From Mobula hypostoma (lineage: Eukaryota): DNA of 64,000 nt. This document shows positions 25,605-39,760 of the stretch, piece by piece; position 1 is the stretch's first letter; each line of letters begins with the position of its first letter. The DNA lies in the NCBI RefSeq assembly GCF_963921235.1, contig NC_086108.1, positions 23,994,001-24,058,000 of the forward strand, given 5' to 3'. The notes below the pieces were generated by a model. That model was given only the letters and a program-made list of their open reading frames with translations, ran no database searches and had not been told where the DNA came from. The position numbers and the translations under genes were made by a program.

Positions 25605-25955
25605 ATGGGGCTTCGGGCAAATGGGGCTTGTCAGTTGAGGGTGCAGATCACCTAGAAGGAAAGCTCTGATCTCAAATCACCTCTGCCTTGCAACTATGCC
25701 CACTCATGGGGAAGACTCTGGGAGTAAACCCCTAGCTGGAGTCCCTAAAGCCGTCAGCAGTTCAGTGCTGACTGGCAACTCCTGTGACACTGCTGGTTTC
25801 CAACTGTATCAGTCTCTGCCGTTCTTTTGGATTCATCAGCTGCACGGAGAGGAGAAGCCTGCTGCATGGGCAACAGATTGCCCTCCATATTGTACTGCCC
25901 TGGTCTGCATGTCATGTGGACAGCTAGGACATAATATCCACAGTCGACCCTGACC
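25605..25955 (+). mobile_element. Partial copy of the non-coding repeat seen at 32211-32757
   Basis: Shares ctctgatctcaa, tgggagtaaaccc, gctggagtcccta and gactggcaact. Confidence 0.7.
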
Positions 25956-26169
25956 AATGGAAAACCTCAAATGCAACCAGCTACAATGAAGGATAGCCTT
26001 CAAGCCTGCCCTTAGGGTCTGGAAGGAGACAAACGTGTTATGCAATTCCAGACTTAAATGACACCCTGATATTTCTCTAACATGACTGTTTAATAAATAC
26101 AACAGACTGGAATTTCTCAGGTATGGCTCTTCTCTGCACTGGTTGCTGAGGTACAAATTAGCTGCCTGT

Positions 26170-26690
26170 TTAGAAACAGAAACATAGAAAACCTACAGAA
26201 CAATACGGGCCCTTTGGCCCACTAAGTTGTGCCGAACATATCCCTACCTTAGAAATTACTAGGGTTACCCATAGCCCTCTATTTTTCTAAGCTTCATGTG
26301 CCTATCCAAAAGTCTCTTAAAAGACCCTATCGTATCCGCCTCCACCACCGTTGCTGGCAGCCCATTCCACACACTCACAACTCTCTGTGTAAAAAACTTA
26401 CCCCTGACATCTCCTCTGTACCTACTCCCAAGCACCTTAAACCTGTGCCCTCTTGTGGCAGCAGTTTCAGCCCTGGGAAAAAGCCTCTGGCTATCCACAC
26501 GATCAATGCCTCTCATCATCTTATACACCTCTATCAGGTCACCTCTCATCCTCTGTTGCTCCAAGGAGAAAAGGCCAAGTTCACTCAACCTGTCTTCATA
26601 AGGCATGCTCCCCAAACCAGGCAACATCCTTGTAAATCTCCTCTGCACCCTTTCTATGGTTTCCACATCCTTCCTGTAGTGAGGTGACCA
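26170..26690 (-). mobile_element. CR1 LINE 3' end (same family as 19745-20642)
   Basis: Translates to ETIERVQRRFTRMLPGL...IEGYG, with a tagaaac-type tail. Confidence 0.93.
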
Positions 26691-28154
26691 GATCTGATCC
26701 TAACCTGGCAGTTTGAACATGTTGATATGTCCTCAATGTTAAGGCTTTGCTTGGTGTCAGAGCTGCAAGATCTTGCATAATACCACTGCTTTGCTGACAT
26801 GTCAATAGCCCAGAATTAACCATGCCAATAAAATGACTTAAGCAAGCAGCTGGCAAAACCAAAACTACCGAAGACACAAATTAAAAAAAAAATAATGTTA
26901 AGAAACCACAAAAAGATCAACAACTAAAAAGTTATCAAAGACAAAATGGTTCCAAATCTTTCGAAGTAAATTAAAGACACTAACCCAAACACAGTTAGTT
27001 AAAAATGGATGCCTTAATCTGACCTTTCTTTCTGCCTATACAATTAATGGGCTTTTGGACTGTGCACCAGGTTTGATGCAGCGAGCAACAGATTCCTCTT
27101 GTAAATACTGACCTTGTCGGACTGCTGATAGTTTCAGGCATATTAGATAGCCTACAGATTTTTAACAGGTGCAGTATAACTTGCCTTCTTTTTGCAAATG
27201 TAATTTATTAATGGATCTTCATGTTCAGCCCAAGTAGGGTGGGTGGAAGAACCAGTTTCTGTGTCTTATGATGATTCCAAAGCCGAAGGAAAAAATATAA
27301 GCCTATGTCGGCATTCAAGTATCTGAGAATGTGTGTAATTATGTAATTTGTTGAGAAGTAAGCAAATATTATGTCTTCCAGCATTAACTATGCTACATCA
27401 GAGATTAATATTGAAGATAGAGCTGTAGAGTTTTATCATGAAATTGATTTCTCATCATTCAAAATGAGCAAAACTAGATTAAAATCTAAATTATATTACC
27501 AGTTAAAATTCTTATCCTCCACACCAAGGTCTGATAATCAACCATAAAAGCAGCAATATTAAATGAGGCTACAAAGATTGGAACAGGCAAACCAAGGCTC
27601 ATGCCTGAACAGAGATTGTGCTGTATTTGTGATTGGAGAATTTTCCACAGTTCCAGTTTCTGTGGGATAGGTTGGACTATTAGCGTGACAGCACATATGT
27701 ACAGCTGCCGCTATGGAAAATAAAAGCATAAGAAAGGGTCTTTGGCCAATATTCTGAGAATAGTAACATATAAAAGAATGGTATTAATAGAATGCGTGAC
27801 CTTTTTAGATTTCTGGTTAGATGCTGTAATGCAATGATTTAAAATCTTTGGTGAAAAAACACACGAGCTGTACTTTCTCTATCTTTGTCTTGGCAACGTA
27901 CAATCACAAGGAAAAGATTACTCAACTAGACATTTCACCATTTTATTATTTTGCTTCCAAGACTTAGCAGATGAATGGCCTTTCTCAGATGGCATATTCC
28001 AAAACAATACCTTGAGATGTCTACTTTTAAGACAGGAATCAGTAAAACAATAAATCAGTCATGATCAGGATTCAAAACAAGATATTAGCTGGGATTTAAC
28101 CTTTTTTTTTGAAACAGTTCAAAAATGATTTTCTTTTTGTTTTAGAAATACATA

Positions 28155-29279
28155 CACTCAGTGGCCACTTCATTAAGTACCTCCTATACCTAATGAAGAA
28201 GCCATATAGTGCATATTCATGATCTGCCACTGCTGTAGCCCATCCACATCAACATTTGACATATTCTACATTCAGATATCCTCTTCTGCACACCACTGTT
28301 AATGTGTGGTTATTTGAGTTACTGTCAACCTTCCTGTCAGCTTGAACCAGTCTCGTCATTCTCCTTTGACCTCTCTCACTAACAAGGTATTTTCACCATC
28401 GGAAATGTCACTCACTGGATTTTTTTTGTTTTTTGCACAATTCTCTGTAAACTTTAGAGACTGCTGTGCGTGAAAATTCCAGGAGATTAGCAATTTCTGA
28501 GATCAGAATCAGAATCAGGTACTGTATAATATCACTGGCATATGTCATGAAATTTGTTAATATGGCAGCAGTACAGTAGAAAACATGATAAATATAGAGA
28601 AAGAAACTGAATTACAGTAAGTATATATATCTATTAAGTAGTTAAGTTAAAATAAGTGCAAAAAAAAGAAATAAAGAAAGTAGTGAGATAATGTTCATGG
28701 GTTCAATGTCCATTTAGAGATCAGATGGCAGAGAGGAAGAAGCTGTTCCTGAATCACTGGGTGTGTGCCTTCAGGCTTCTGTACCTCCCTCCTGATGGTA
28801 ACAATGAGAAGAGGGCATGTTCTATGCGGGGGTCTTTAATGATGGATGTCACCTTCCTAAGGCTCTGTTTCTTGAAGATGTCTTGGATACTACAGAGGCT
28901 AGTACCCATGATGGAGATGACAAATTTTACAAGTTTCTGCATCTTACTTTGATCTTGTGCAGTAGCAAACCACCACTCCCCCCCCTCCCCGCCAACACCA
29001 AGCTATAGCAGACGGTGATGCAGCCAGTCAGAATGCTCTCCATGGTACATTTGTAGAAATTTTAGTGTTTCTGTTATTGAACTTGTCTGTCACTGACAAT
29101 CGTTCCAAGGTCAAAGTCACAGATCACATTTCTTCCCCACTCTGATGTTTGGTGTGAACAACAACTGAACCTCTTAGCCATGCTTTTATGCATTGAGTTG
29201 TTGCCACATGATTGCTTGATTAGATATTTGCATTAATGAGCAGGTGTACAGGTGTACCTAATAGAACGGCCACTGAGTG
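28155..29279. mobile_element. Tc1/mariner-like non-autonomous element with a nested Rex1/Babar 3' end (~28503-29070, minus)
   Basis: TIRs are CACTCAGTGGCCACTTCATTAAGTAC / GTACCTAATAGAACGGCCACTGAGTG, preceded by TA. The nested piece has an (atcaga)n tail and SIIKDP...LFSLLPSGGRYRSL. Confidence 0.8.
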
Positions 29280-32210
29280 CAAGTAAACATTTATCTTTTA
29301 AAAACAGGATTCTTAAAGTTTCAGAAATGATTTTTGATTTGCCTTACTCTGCTTCCCTGTGAAACAGGCAACCATGATACTTTGGCTTTAAGGGATAGTG
29401 TCACTTTCGTCATTCTTGATTATTTTTCTTCCTTAGGTCCTACTGAGTTAGCATTTGTACTCTTCTGGGGATTATGCTATTATCAAGGAAGGAAACTGAG
29501 CTCCTTTTATTCCCAACCAACTGTGTTCCTGTTCTTTGTTAGGAAATCTATCTCCGACTACAAGGAATCTATCGAAATTGCTTGGGCACAGTTTTATTTG
29601 TTTAAGCAAGCATGGAAGGTCACAAGATTGAGATAAACAATAAAAGCAAAATAATATAGCTCATGCTTGAATTAATTTTGGTCAGGTATCTGTTCTTTAA
29701 AATATCATCAATTGATGCCCTGGTATCAATGACTTAGTAACTGGATTGTGTGCCACTGTACATTTTGATGCAATGTGCTAGACATTGATTTTACCTAATC
29801 ATGCTATCACTTCCGGACGCTAATGTGCACTATCTACTTTCACACACTTGACAATTTCCCTGCATCAGGAGCACATCTAATTCTTCATTATTTTCATAAT
29901 GCACATTTATGCCTTTACCAATGCAAATCGAAGCTCAGATCTCACACTGTTTTCTTGTTTTTCATGCTATTTTAAGGGAGGAACAGATGACATCGGAAAA
30001 ACCTGACTGGGCACCCTCAGAACTAATAACAGACTGCTCAATCACTTTCCCACATCCATAGTGTCCGCTCAAGCTAACGAAGGGTTGGGGTGGGGGTTGT
30101 AAAAATGCTTTTTTTCCCTAGTATTTCACTACTGATGTACTCTTCGAATGGAAACCTCAGTGGTAACACTGCTGACAACACTCCATCACTGCTGGTCAGG
30201 TGCCTCACAGTAAGAAGTATACACCCATCCACAAAGAGCCTATTCCCATAGTTTCAAGAGACATCTCTTCCTACCAGGATACATCTTCTAATCAGTGTAT
30301 TTATGGACTCAGTTATTCCAAGCTTAACCACAACAGATAGCTGTCATTAAGCAGGAAATATCTGCTTTTGCAATCTGGTTCCGGAACATCTCCTTCAGTG
30401 GTGCTCAAGTGAAGAGCATCTCTCAGTTTCCAGGCAGCCAGGGCAGGCCCATGCCATATTTCTGAACTTGCTTCACAAAACATCTTTGGAAAAATCTCCA
30501 AGATACTCCAAGCGCTGTGCTCCCAGAGCAATAAATTCTCTCAGATTTCACTTCATAGGCTGGAATCCCTAGCGTTGGGATCTGCCGCAACAGCTTGATC
30601 CCCATTAGTGTACACAACAATGGGCAATATTCAGGTGTCTGTCAGGGTTTCCATTCCCCCTAAGAATTTAGATAGTGTTTACTAGTAATAGTTACTCTTT
30701 AAGGCAAAACAAAACAGGAAAAATCCCCTACTATACATATCTCAAGAAATTAATTCGGAACTAAATCAGAGGCAAAGATTGTAACATTACAAAAAGTAGA
30801 CATAAACTTCAAAATTGGGAAACCTTCAGAATTTAGCAAAGCAATTTGTTCCTTTCCATCATGGCCACCACTCAACAACCTCACCCCACCCCACTTCAAC
30901 TAGTGTTTAACCACGTGAAGAAAATCTGGGTCCATTCAATAGTCCCTCATGGCTCTCATGACTCATTCTTCCTCAGTCTTCACTTTCTGGAGGGATGGAT
31001 CTCAGTGACAAGAGCTCCCCACATTGGTTCAGTCTCCAGCAGCAGCTGAACATCATTGGATGAGTGAACCTGAAGTACCCAGGGCATTTTGTGGAAAATA
31101 CCCTAAATTTCCTAAAGATGAGGTTCCATTGCTTGGTGCAGTCCAGGAAACCCTGTGTTCATTTCAGCTTGTGCAGAGACTTCCCGGCAGTGAGCTGGAT
31201 GCCGGGTGACATTATCAACCACAAGCAGGCATGCATCTGGAATAAAGTGACTGACAAAGCGCAGTCCTGAGTGTCAGGAGTCACACTTTCAAGAGCGGCA
31301 GGAGGAAAAGCAAAATTAAGTGGAAGGCTGTAAGGAAGTGTGTAGCTGAGTAGAGGATGGGTTGGTACAGTCCGAAAGAAAGATGGCACTGGTGAAAAAC
31401 AATGATGTGTTGCAGGCAGTTTACAGAATTTCTAAATATACTTCTTCTGAGCTAATCTCACTGCAATCTGCAGCCTGTGGTTTCCCTTTAAGTAATGTAT
31501 TTTTGAACTGTCTTAATAAACTCGTGAATTTATGATCTTCTAAGCATTTGGTGTATTTAACTCTCAAGCTTGGAGGTACAGCAGGCATCTTTAAGTTGAT
31601 GAAGGTACATCACCATGGCGAAAAGAGAGGGAGGATGGGCGGACTGCAAGACAGCCTAAAACATCAAGGAAACAAACTTCCTCTACTCAGCATCGTGTTA
31701 GCATATGTATAGTGGCTGGAGAAAAAGACTGAAGACCTAAGAGTGAGATTGCTGTATCAGGGGGAAATGAGAAATTGCTGCATTGTCTGTTTCAAGGAGG
31801 CATGGCTCATTCTGGACATGCTGGATATGTTGGTAAGACCCAAGGACCTCTCGATACATAGGATGGAATGGATTGCTGATTTGGAGAAGGCAAAAGGTAG
31901 GGTCTGGGTTCCATGATAAATTCTAAATGGTGCTCGAACACAGTGGTTTTGTTGCACTCTTGTTCCCTGAGTTAGAGCACCTAATGATTAAGTGCCAACT
32001 GTTCTACTTACCGAAAGACTACTCCTCTATGATCATGACCACATTTTACGTATTTCCAAAGGTCAATGTTAAGCAAGCACTTGAGGTACTGAGTACTACT
32101 ATCAACAAACAAGAAACAGCCTACTTTGACGCCTGTCAGGTCATTGTCAGGGGCTTCAATTAGGCTTGTTTGAAGAAATCTCTGCCCAAGTATCATCAAC
32201 ACATCACCTG

Positions 32211-32757
32211 AAGTGGTTCCTTAAGGTTGTTATAGCCGGGGCTGGTAATGGGGACAAGCTCCCACTACATATTAAATGCACCCAATGGTATGCACCTCAG
32301 ATAGCCTCTGACAATCAAGACCAGCTCCTGGCCTTCGCGATTGGCTTAGCTACGGTGGAACTGTTTCTACAGACAGGAGAAGGGGCGCAGTTGGGCTACT
32401 GGCACCTAAAAACTAGTCACTTTGGGTAGATGGGGCTCATTGGTTGGCAGCTCGTCTTGGAAAAAGAAAACTCTGATCTCAATCCTCCGCTGCCTTGCGG
32501 CTATACCCACTCAAGGGGAAGGCTTTGGGAGTAAACCCCGAGGGGAAAATCCGGAGCTGGAGTCCCTAGGTCAGTTCTGCATTGAGCTCAATGTTGACTG
32601 GCAACTTCTGTGATGCTGCTAGCAGCAGTTCATCAAACGCATGGAGAGGGGGAACTTGCTACATGGGCAACAGCTTGCTCTCCATATCATACTGCCCAGG
32701 CTTGTGTATCCAGACAGCCAGGATGCAATATCCATGGTCAACTCTGAACGACGGAGA
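32211..32757 (+). mobile_element. ~550-bp non-coding insertion (RTE-related non-autonomous element?)
   Basis: It interrupts the Rex endonuclease sequence, with atcacctg duplicated at 32203-32210 and 32764-32771. A second partial copy lies at 25605-25955. Confidence 0.65.
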
Positions 32758-34763
32758 CATCAGATCACCTGCAGGACCAAGGGTCCCAATACACTCGACT
32801 ACTGCTATACTATGATTAGGAATGGCTGTCATTCTATGCCTAGACCACATTTCAGAAAATCAGATCACTTGGCTGTCTTCTCCCTATCTGGATATAGGCA
32901 GAGGCTAAAGACCAAGACTCCAGAGATTAGAATAACAAACAGGTGGTCGCAGGAGGGAGAGGAACAGCTACGGGATTGCTTCAAGTCAGTGGACTGGGTA
33001 GTGTTCAAAGACTCATCTGTGGATCTAATGAATACATCACTATTGTCATGGACTTTATAAAAACAGTTACAGATGAGTGTGGCCCAACAAACTCTTTCAG
33101 AGTCTTCCCCAGTCAGAAACCCCGGATTAACCATGAGATCCACAATCTGCTGAGGGCTAGATAAATGGCATTCAGGTCTGGCGACCAAACGTCCATATAT
33201 GATCCTCAAAAAGCCATCCCATGTGCGAAGTGGCAATTTGGACCAAACTTGAAACACTGAAACTTGAATCTGTGGCAGGCCTTGAATGCTGTCATGTCAT
33301 ACAAAGAGAAACCAAATGATATAGGTGACAATAAGGCTTCGTTCCCAGATGAGCTTAGTCTCAGAGGTTGATATGAGAGCACCCTTCAGGAGGGTAAATC
33401 CATTGAAAGCATCTGGCTCAGATGGGATATATGGCTGAGTACTTAAGACCCATGCTGATCAACTGGTTGGAGTGTTCATCGATGTCTTTAACCTCTTGAT
33501 TCAGTAGTTGTACTGGTGCCTAAGAGGAATATGGTAATCTGCCTCAATGACCATCATCCAGTAGCACTTACATCCACTGTGATGAAGTGCTTTCAGAGGT
33601 CGCTGATGAAACATTCACTTCTGGCTTAGAAGCAACTTGGATCCGCTCTAATTTGCTAACCATCAAACAGGTCAAGAGCAGATGGCATTTCATTACCTCT
33701 TCCTTCAAAGTCCCCGAGTCGATCAACTCCTGAGTCCCCGATAGCAGGCGGCAAAAGGGAGAAACTCCCTGCCATAAACCTCCAGGCACCGTCAACTTGC
33801 CGATGCCTTGGAAGCAGCTGACTACAGCCGACACTGAGTCCGTCCATCCGAAAACTTCGAGCCTCCGACTAGCCCCTCCGATACAGCCTCCTGAGCGCCA
33901 TCCTCTGTCGAGTGCCTTCCACCTAGCCCCGGCCGCTGAAACAAGCAAAGCCAAGGATTCAGGGCCTTCTGCTCCGGAGATTCCGGTTACCACACAGTAG
34001 CAGCAGCAGCGAAGTGGGCATTTCAGAAGTTTCTCCAGATGTTCCTCTGTACTCTCACGTCTGTCCCCATCAAATCAGAATTGTGCACGGTCCCCTACTT
34101 GACAGATTACAGATATCATTCACCAGAGAGGCCGCACGTGCTGCCGTCGCGTCACCATCCTCTCCTCCTCCTCCTCTTAGAAGTTTGTGAAGATTTAACA
34201 TGTCATCTAAAACTTTGACAAACTTCTACATATGTGTGGTGGAGGGCATATTGACTGATTGCATCATGGCCTGCCTTGAATGGAAAAGCCTACAAAAAGT
34301 AGTGGATACAGCCCAATCCATCACGGGTAAAACCCTCCCCACCACTGAGCACATTTACATGGACCACTATCACAGGAGAGCAGCATCCATCATCAAGGAC
34401 CCCCATCATTAACTCCTCACTGTTGCCACCGATGAGAAGGTACAGGAGCTTCAAGGCCCACATCACCTGCTTCTGGAACAGTTATTATTCCTCAACCATC
34501 ATGCTCTGGAACCAGAGGGGATAACTGCACTCAACTTCACTCGCAACATCACTGAACTGGACTCACTTTCATGGACTCTTCATCTCATGTTCTTGATATT
34601 TTTGTATATTTATTACTTACTATTAGTTTTTCTATTTGCACAGTTTGTTATCTTTGTCTCTTTGGCTGTTTATCTGTCCTGTTGATTGCAGTCTTTCATT
34701 GTTTCAATTGTGTATCTTGTACTTACTGTGAATACTCACAAGGAAATTAATCTCAGGGATGTA

Positions 34764-35228
34764 CAGTACTGTATTTGTCAACATGGAGTGAAGAACGAGT
34801 TTGTGATCTGGCAGGAGCAAAGGATGTTGGGAATGTTGAAGGTGGAGTACCCCATGAGGCAGTGGGATAGGTAGAAGAGAAGGAAAGTCAGAGAAGGGGG
34901 ATGGGTGTAGACACACCCAGCCCTGAGACACCAGGCAAAGTCATTTGATTCCAAATAACTGGTTTATTGATCATTACAGAATGTTTCTCTGGTGCTTTCC
35001 GCTCCCTTCCCCTTTTCCCAACCATGATTCCCCTCTGCCTGCGCCTTTCGACTCTTAGTTCACAATACAGACCCATATCAGAATCAGGTTTACTGTCACC
35101 CACACGCCATGAAATTTGTTTTTTTTTTGGTAGCAGTACAATGCAATACATAAAATTACTACAGTACCCTGCAAAGGTCTTGGGAACTTTAGCTATTTAT
35201 ATGTACCTAAGACTTTTGTACAGTACTA
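34764..35228. mobile_element. Composite MITE-like insertion bounded by CAGTACTG ends at a TA site
   Basis: It splits the Rex UTR motif ctcagggatgTA|tatggtgaca. It begins cagtactgt, ends acagtacta+TA, and contains a ~67-bp imperfect palindrome at 35162-35228. Confidence 0.6.
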
Positions 35229-37745
35229 TATATGGTGACATAAATGTATTTTGATAATAAATTAACTCTGAACTTTGACCCAATGAAAAAGTGATTACCA
35301 AAGGAAGCTTGCTAAGTCACCAATCCTCAGTGCCAAACAGGCGATCAACTTCAAACTTAACCTCAAAAGTGTACTTCAGTCAACAAAAAGCCTGGAAAAG
35401 ACAGATGGTCCCTAAAATCCTCTCATGTCATGATGTGCAGATCCATATGTACTAGATATAACATATCAGTGAATGAATCCATGATGTATTTACTTCAAAT
35501 GGCTTGCTGCTATATTGTTTGTGTCTAGAGGGACGGTGTTGAAAAATAGGGAAGTATTTTAAACTATATTGAACCTTGACTGAATCTTGGAGTACTTAAG
35601 AAGCTGAAACAGGCTATTCACCCTTGTGTATGCCCTGTCACTCTATATGAACATGGCTAAACCCTAGCTTGTCCCTCATTAGTTTCTCCGTATACTAATC
35701 TCTAAGGTCAGCACTTAACTAGTTCATAAATGCATCCTCCACATTATTACTGCTGATCTGGTTTGTCTAAGCTGTACATAGAGTCAAGCCCACAATGATT
35801 ATCATATTACCCATGTGATGCATGCTTCTAATTTTTATTATGTTTCTCAGCCTTACTTTCCCAAGCTGAGTGCCAAATTTTTTGATTCTCTCAATATCTA
35901 AAAAGCTTTAACTGCAATTTACCCATTGACTGAGTCTCCATGGCCCTGTTGGATACTGAATTCAGGAGGATTCATGATCCTCTGAGTGAAGAAATTTGTT
36001 CTAGTCTCTGTCTTTAATGACACATAAAAAGAATATGTCAAGCTGACAAAAATAAATGGAATACAGAGAAAAGAGAAAAAGCTGAAAAGTCAAGTTGCAG
36101 TTTCGAAAGGAGCAGCAATCTGCATGCATTTGATGAAAAATCTGATCATGAGAGTGACACAGGACTGGATGGCCCTGAGATTTACAGTGTGAAAGCAGGA
36201 AACAATCAATATGGCTTACACCAGAAGTGAACGTCAAATTAATTAAAATGTAATTAGACACTGGCTTGGCTGTTTCGGTCATTCCACAAAATGAGTTTGG
36301 GGGGCATTTCAAAGATACTCAACTGAAGCCTGTAGATATCCAAGTAAATATGTCATTATTTATCTTTCTATTATGGGTGGGATTTAAAGAATGAAGGTGG
36401 CACTGCATGCTGCATGTCAATAAAACTTTGCATGTGCCACCTAAAGGATACATGCCATAGGTTACCACCCCTGCAAACAATGCACTGCATCCACTGTTAC
36501 TTTCCATCTGAAGCTGATGTAGAAGGAGGCTAAAATGCTTACAAAAGTGAATAATGAAGCCTTGTCAATTTTTTTGTTCTATTTTAGAAAAATAGATACA
36601 GAATAATAAAATTATCATTGGGCTTTACAAAGCAATATTTCAACGAGTAGGACTTCCATATTTTCTTTAAGGAATAATAAAAATAATTATTAATTAAAAT
36701 TATTTTCATCCAGATTTATTGTGGTGGAATTCCTCACAACTGTTTTTAAATCATTGAACTCAGAGTTTTCTATTCCTGCATAAGGAATTTTTAATGCAAT
36801 TTAGATTTCTCTGCTCTCACTTTTTTCCGGTAATTTCATTGTAAGTGAATTGCAATTGCTTTAGTCTACACATTTTATTTTCAATCATTTCAAATCAAAC
36901 AAAATTATTGAACAAAGGTCTGAAAGGCATTTATGGAAGATCTGAATATATAACCTCAGTGCTCTCAAATCAAACTTCTACACTTTGAATGATAACCCAG
37001 CTTCAATAAACCTTTGTCTAATCCGTGATAAACCATTGATTCTACTGGAACCAAAAGTCTAGCTTGATCCCTGTCTGTTTCATATATGTGTGTGTCCTGC
37101 GTCCACTGTGTGATTGAGGGACCTCAATCTAAAGGCATGTTCATTTACTGCTAGTTCTGTCAACAGTTTAAAATAAAAACTGCACAACATTTTGGCTCCC
37201 TTTGAGACTTCTTATCCTTCAAATCACGAATGGAATCAGATTTTTTAACCACAATTGTCAATCGTAAAATAGATTTGCCCAAATAAATGATGCAACCTAG
37301 CCTATTCCTACTAAAAAAAAAATCCTGCACTAATACCATTACTCCAAGCGTGACTTATACATCTTCTATGAGGAGCTTTGCTGAAGCCGTTTTGAAAGTA
37401 TAAACACGGATATCAATTTCACTGCACTTGCTAACCTGATATAGTGTACATTTAGTAATGCATTATGGGGCTGAAAACAGCAAAATTGTAAATGTATTCC
37501 TTATAATAACAGATTTTCATTACTGTGAGCACACAATCTCACTGTCATGCTTATTAAATTTGATTTCTTGACACCAAGGAACGATTGCACTGCAGATCAA
37601 TGAAGTACAAAGTAGAAAAAGAAAGCAATTTGTGATTATATTTGATAGCACAAACCTTAATCTGCTCTTAATGCTGAAATAGTTCAAGATTTGCCCAGAA
37701 TTATTCAAAGCAAACACAATTTCTAAAGAAATCAAGCAAGCAGAT

Positions 37746-38700
37746 AAACACAAGAGATTCTGTAGATGCTGGAAATCTAGAGCAACAATCACAAAATGCT
37801 GGAGAAACTCAGCAAGTCAAGCAGCATCTATGGAGAGGATTAAACTGTCTACTTTTCAGATTGAGACCCTTCATCAGGACTGGAAAGAAAGTGGAAGAAG
37901 CCATAAATAGAAGGTGAGTAGAAGAAGTCCAAGCTGGCAGATGATAGGTGAAACCAGATGAGGGGGAAGGTAGGTGGGTGGGAGAGAAGTAGTGAAGTAA
38001 GAAGCAGGAAGGTGGAAATGGTTAAGGGCTGAAGAAGAAGGAATCTGATAGGAGAGGAGAGTAGACCATGGGAGAAAGGGAAGGAGGAGGAGGAGACCCG
38101 ACATAGATTGGGAGGACTGCTTTGGTCAGCATCTTAACTCTGTCTTCCACAAAAGGTGGGCTTTCCTGGTGGCTACATATTTTAAGCCTATTTCCCATTC
38201 TGACATGTCAGTCCATGGCTTCTTCTACTGCCCCATTGAGGCCACCCTCAGGGTGGAGAAGAAACGCCTTATATTCCATCTGGGTAGCATGATGGCATGA
38301 AGATAGATATCTCTAACTTCTGGAAATTTCACCACACCCCTCACCATTCTCTTTTTTCGATTCTTCATTCAGGTTCCCCTCTTACCCCTTCTCTTTTCCT
38401 CCATCACCTCTCTTGGTGCCTGTCCTCCTTTGGCCCACTCTCACCTCCTATTAGATTCCTTCTTCTTCAGCCCTTTACCTCTTCCAATTATCACCTCCCA
38501 GTTTCTCATTTCAATCCCACTCCTCCACCTACCTACCCTCCCCCTCATCTGATTTATCCTTAATCTATCCTTGTCAGCTTGTACTCCCAACACATCCCTG
38601 CCTCTAATTCTGGCTTCTTACCCCTTCATTTCCAGTCCTGATGAAGGTTCTCGACCTGAAATGTTGACTGTTAATTCCTTTCCATAGATGCTGCCTGACC
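37746..38700 (+). mobile_element. Penelope 3' fragment with inverted 5' pseudo-LTR
   Basis: A minus-strand pLTR and tail at 37746-38095 is followed by plus-strand GIY-YIG end remnants, the tail, and cagtcctgatga...gaaatgttgactg. Confidence 0.8.
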
Positions 38701-39129
38701 AAGTAAGAGGTAACTACAAAGATGATGTCTGGAAATGGTTCACACTTAACTATGTATATGACTAAAGATTCAAAAATCCATGGTAAATTGCATCGTAGGT
38801 CAAAAGAGGTGCCATAAGCAAACATACAATGACTATTGCCCTTCCATCCAAAATCCATATCCAGAGCAGATACAATCCAAGTGTCCTTTGTCAATATAAA
38901 GCTAACTAAGCTTGGCCAAACTTTAGTCTAGTCTCTCATTTGAATCCAGGGTGACGATCTGCAGATTCCTCCTGGAGTTTATTGTAGAAAGTGGGTGTGG
39001 ACACTGGAAACGTCACATCAGTTGGTTACAGACGCTTTTCTTGAGGTAGGATTTATGGTCCATTTTTGGCACAAAGTGAAGGCAGCTTGCAGTTCTTTAA
39101 GTATTGAGTAGCACCTCTGCTACCTAAGT

Positions 39130-39760
39130 AGTCTGCAGAAGATCTCGCATGACATCTAAAACTTTAACAAGCTTCTATAGATGTGTTGTGGAGAGTGTAT
39201 TGACTGGATGCATAACGGTCGGGTATGGAAACACCAATGCCTTTAAATGGAAAATCCTACAATAGAAAGTGGTTTTGTCCCAGTGTACATCACAGGTAAA
39301 GCCTTCCCAACCACTGAATACATCTGCATGAAACTCGTCTTAGGAAATCAGCATTCATCATCAGAGATCCCCACCATCCAGACATGCTGCTTTCTCACTG
39401 CTGCCATCAGGTAGAAGTTATAAGAGTCTTAGGACATGAACCACTAGGTTGAAGAACAGTTACTTCCCCTGAACCATCAGGCTTTTGAACAAAGGGGATA
39501 ATTATACTCACTTGCTCATCCATTGAGATGTTCCCATAACCAATAATCTCTCTTGAAGGACTCTATCTTATCACTTGTTCTCATTTATTGCTATTTACAG
39601 TATTTATATTTGCATTTGTACAGTTTGTTGTCTTCTGCACTCTGATTGATTTTGTTATAGTTACTATTCTATAGATTTGCTGAGTATGCCTGCAGGAAAA
39701 TGAATCTCAGGGTTGTATATGGCGATGTAGTTGTGCTTTGATAATAAATTTTACGTTACT
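39130..39760 (+). mobile_element. Rex1/Babar-type LINE 3' end
   Basis: Homologous to 34180-34760 and 61900-62225. Confidence 0.75.

Larger units (their letters stand above)
31380..35280 (+). mobile_element. Rex1/Babar-type LINE, near full span, decayed, with three nested insertions
   Basis: Endonuclease and RT remnants include TKGPNTLDYCYT, SDHLAVF, LRDCFKSVDW and SIIKDPHH. The 3' UTR ends ...ataataaattaactctgaactttga. Inserts lie at 32211-32757, ~33680-34175 and 34764-35228. Confidence 0.82.
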
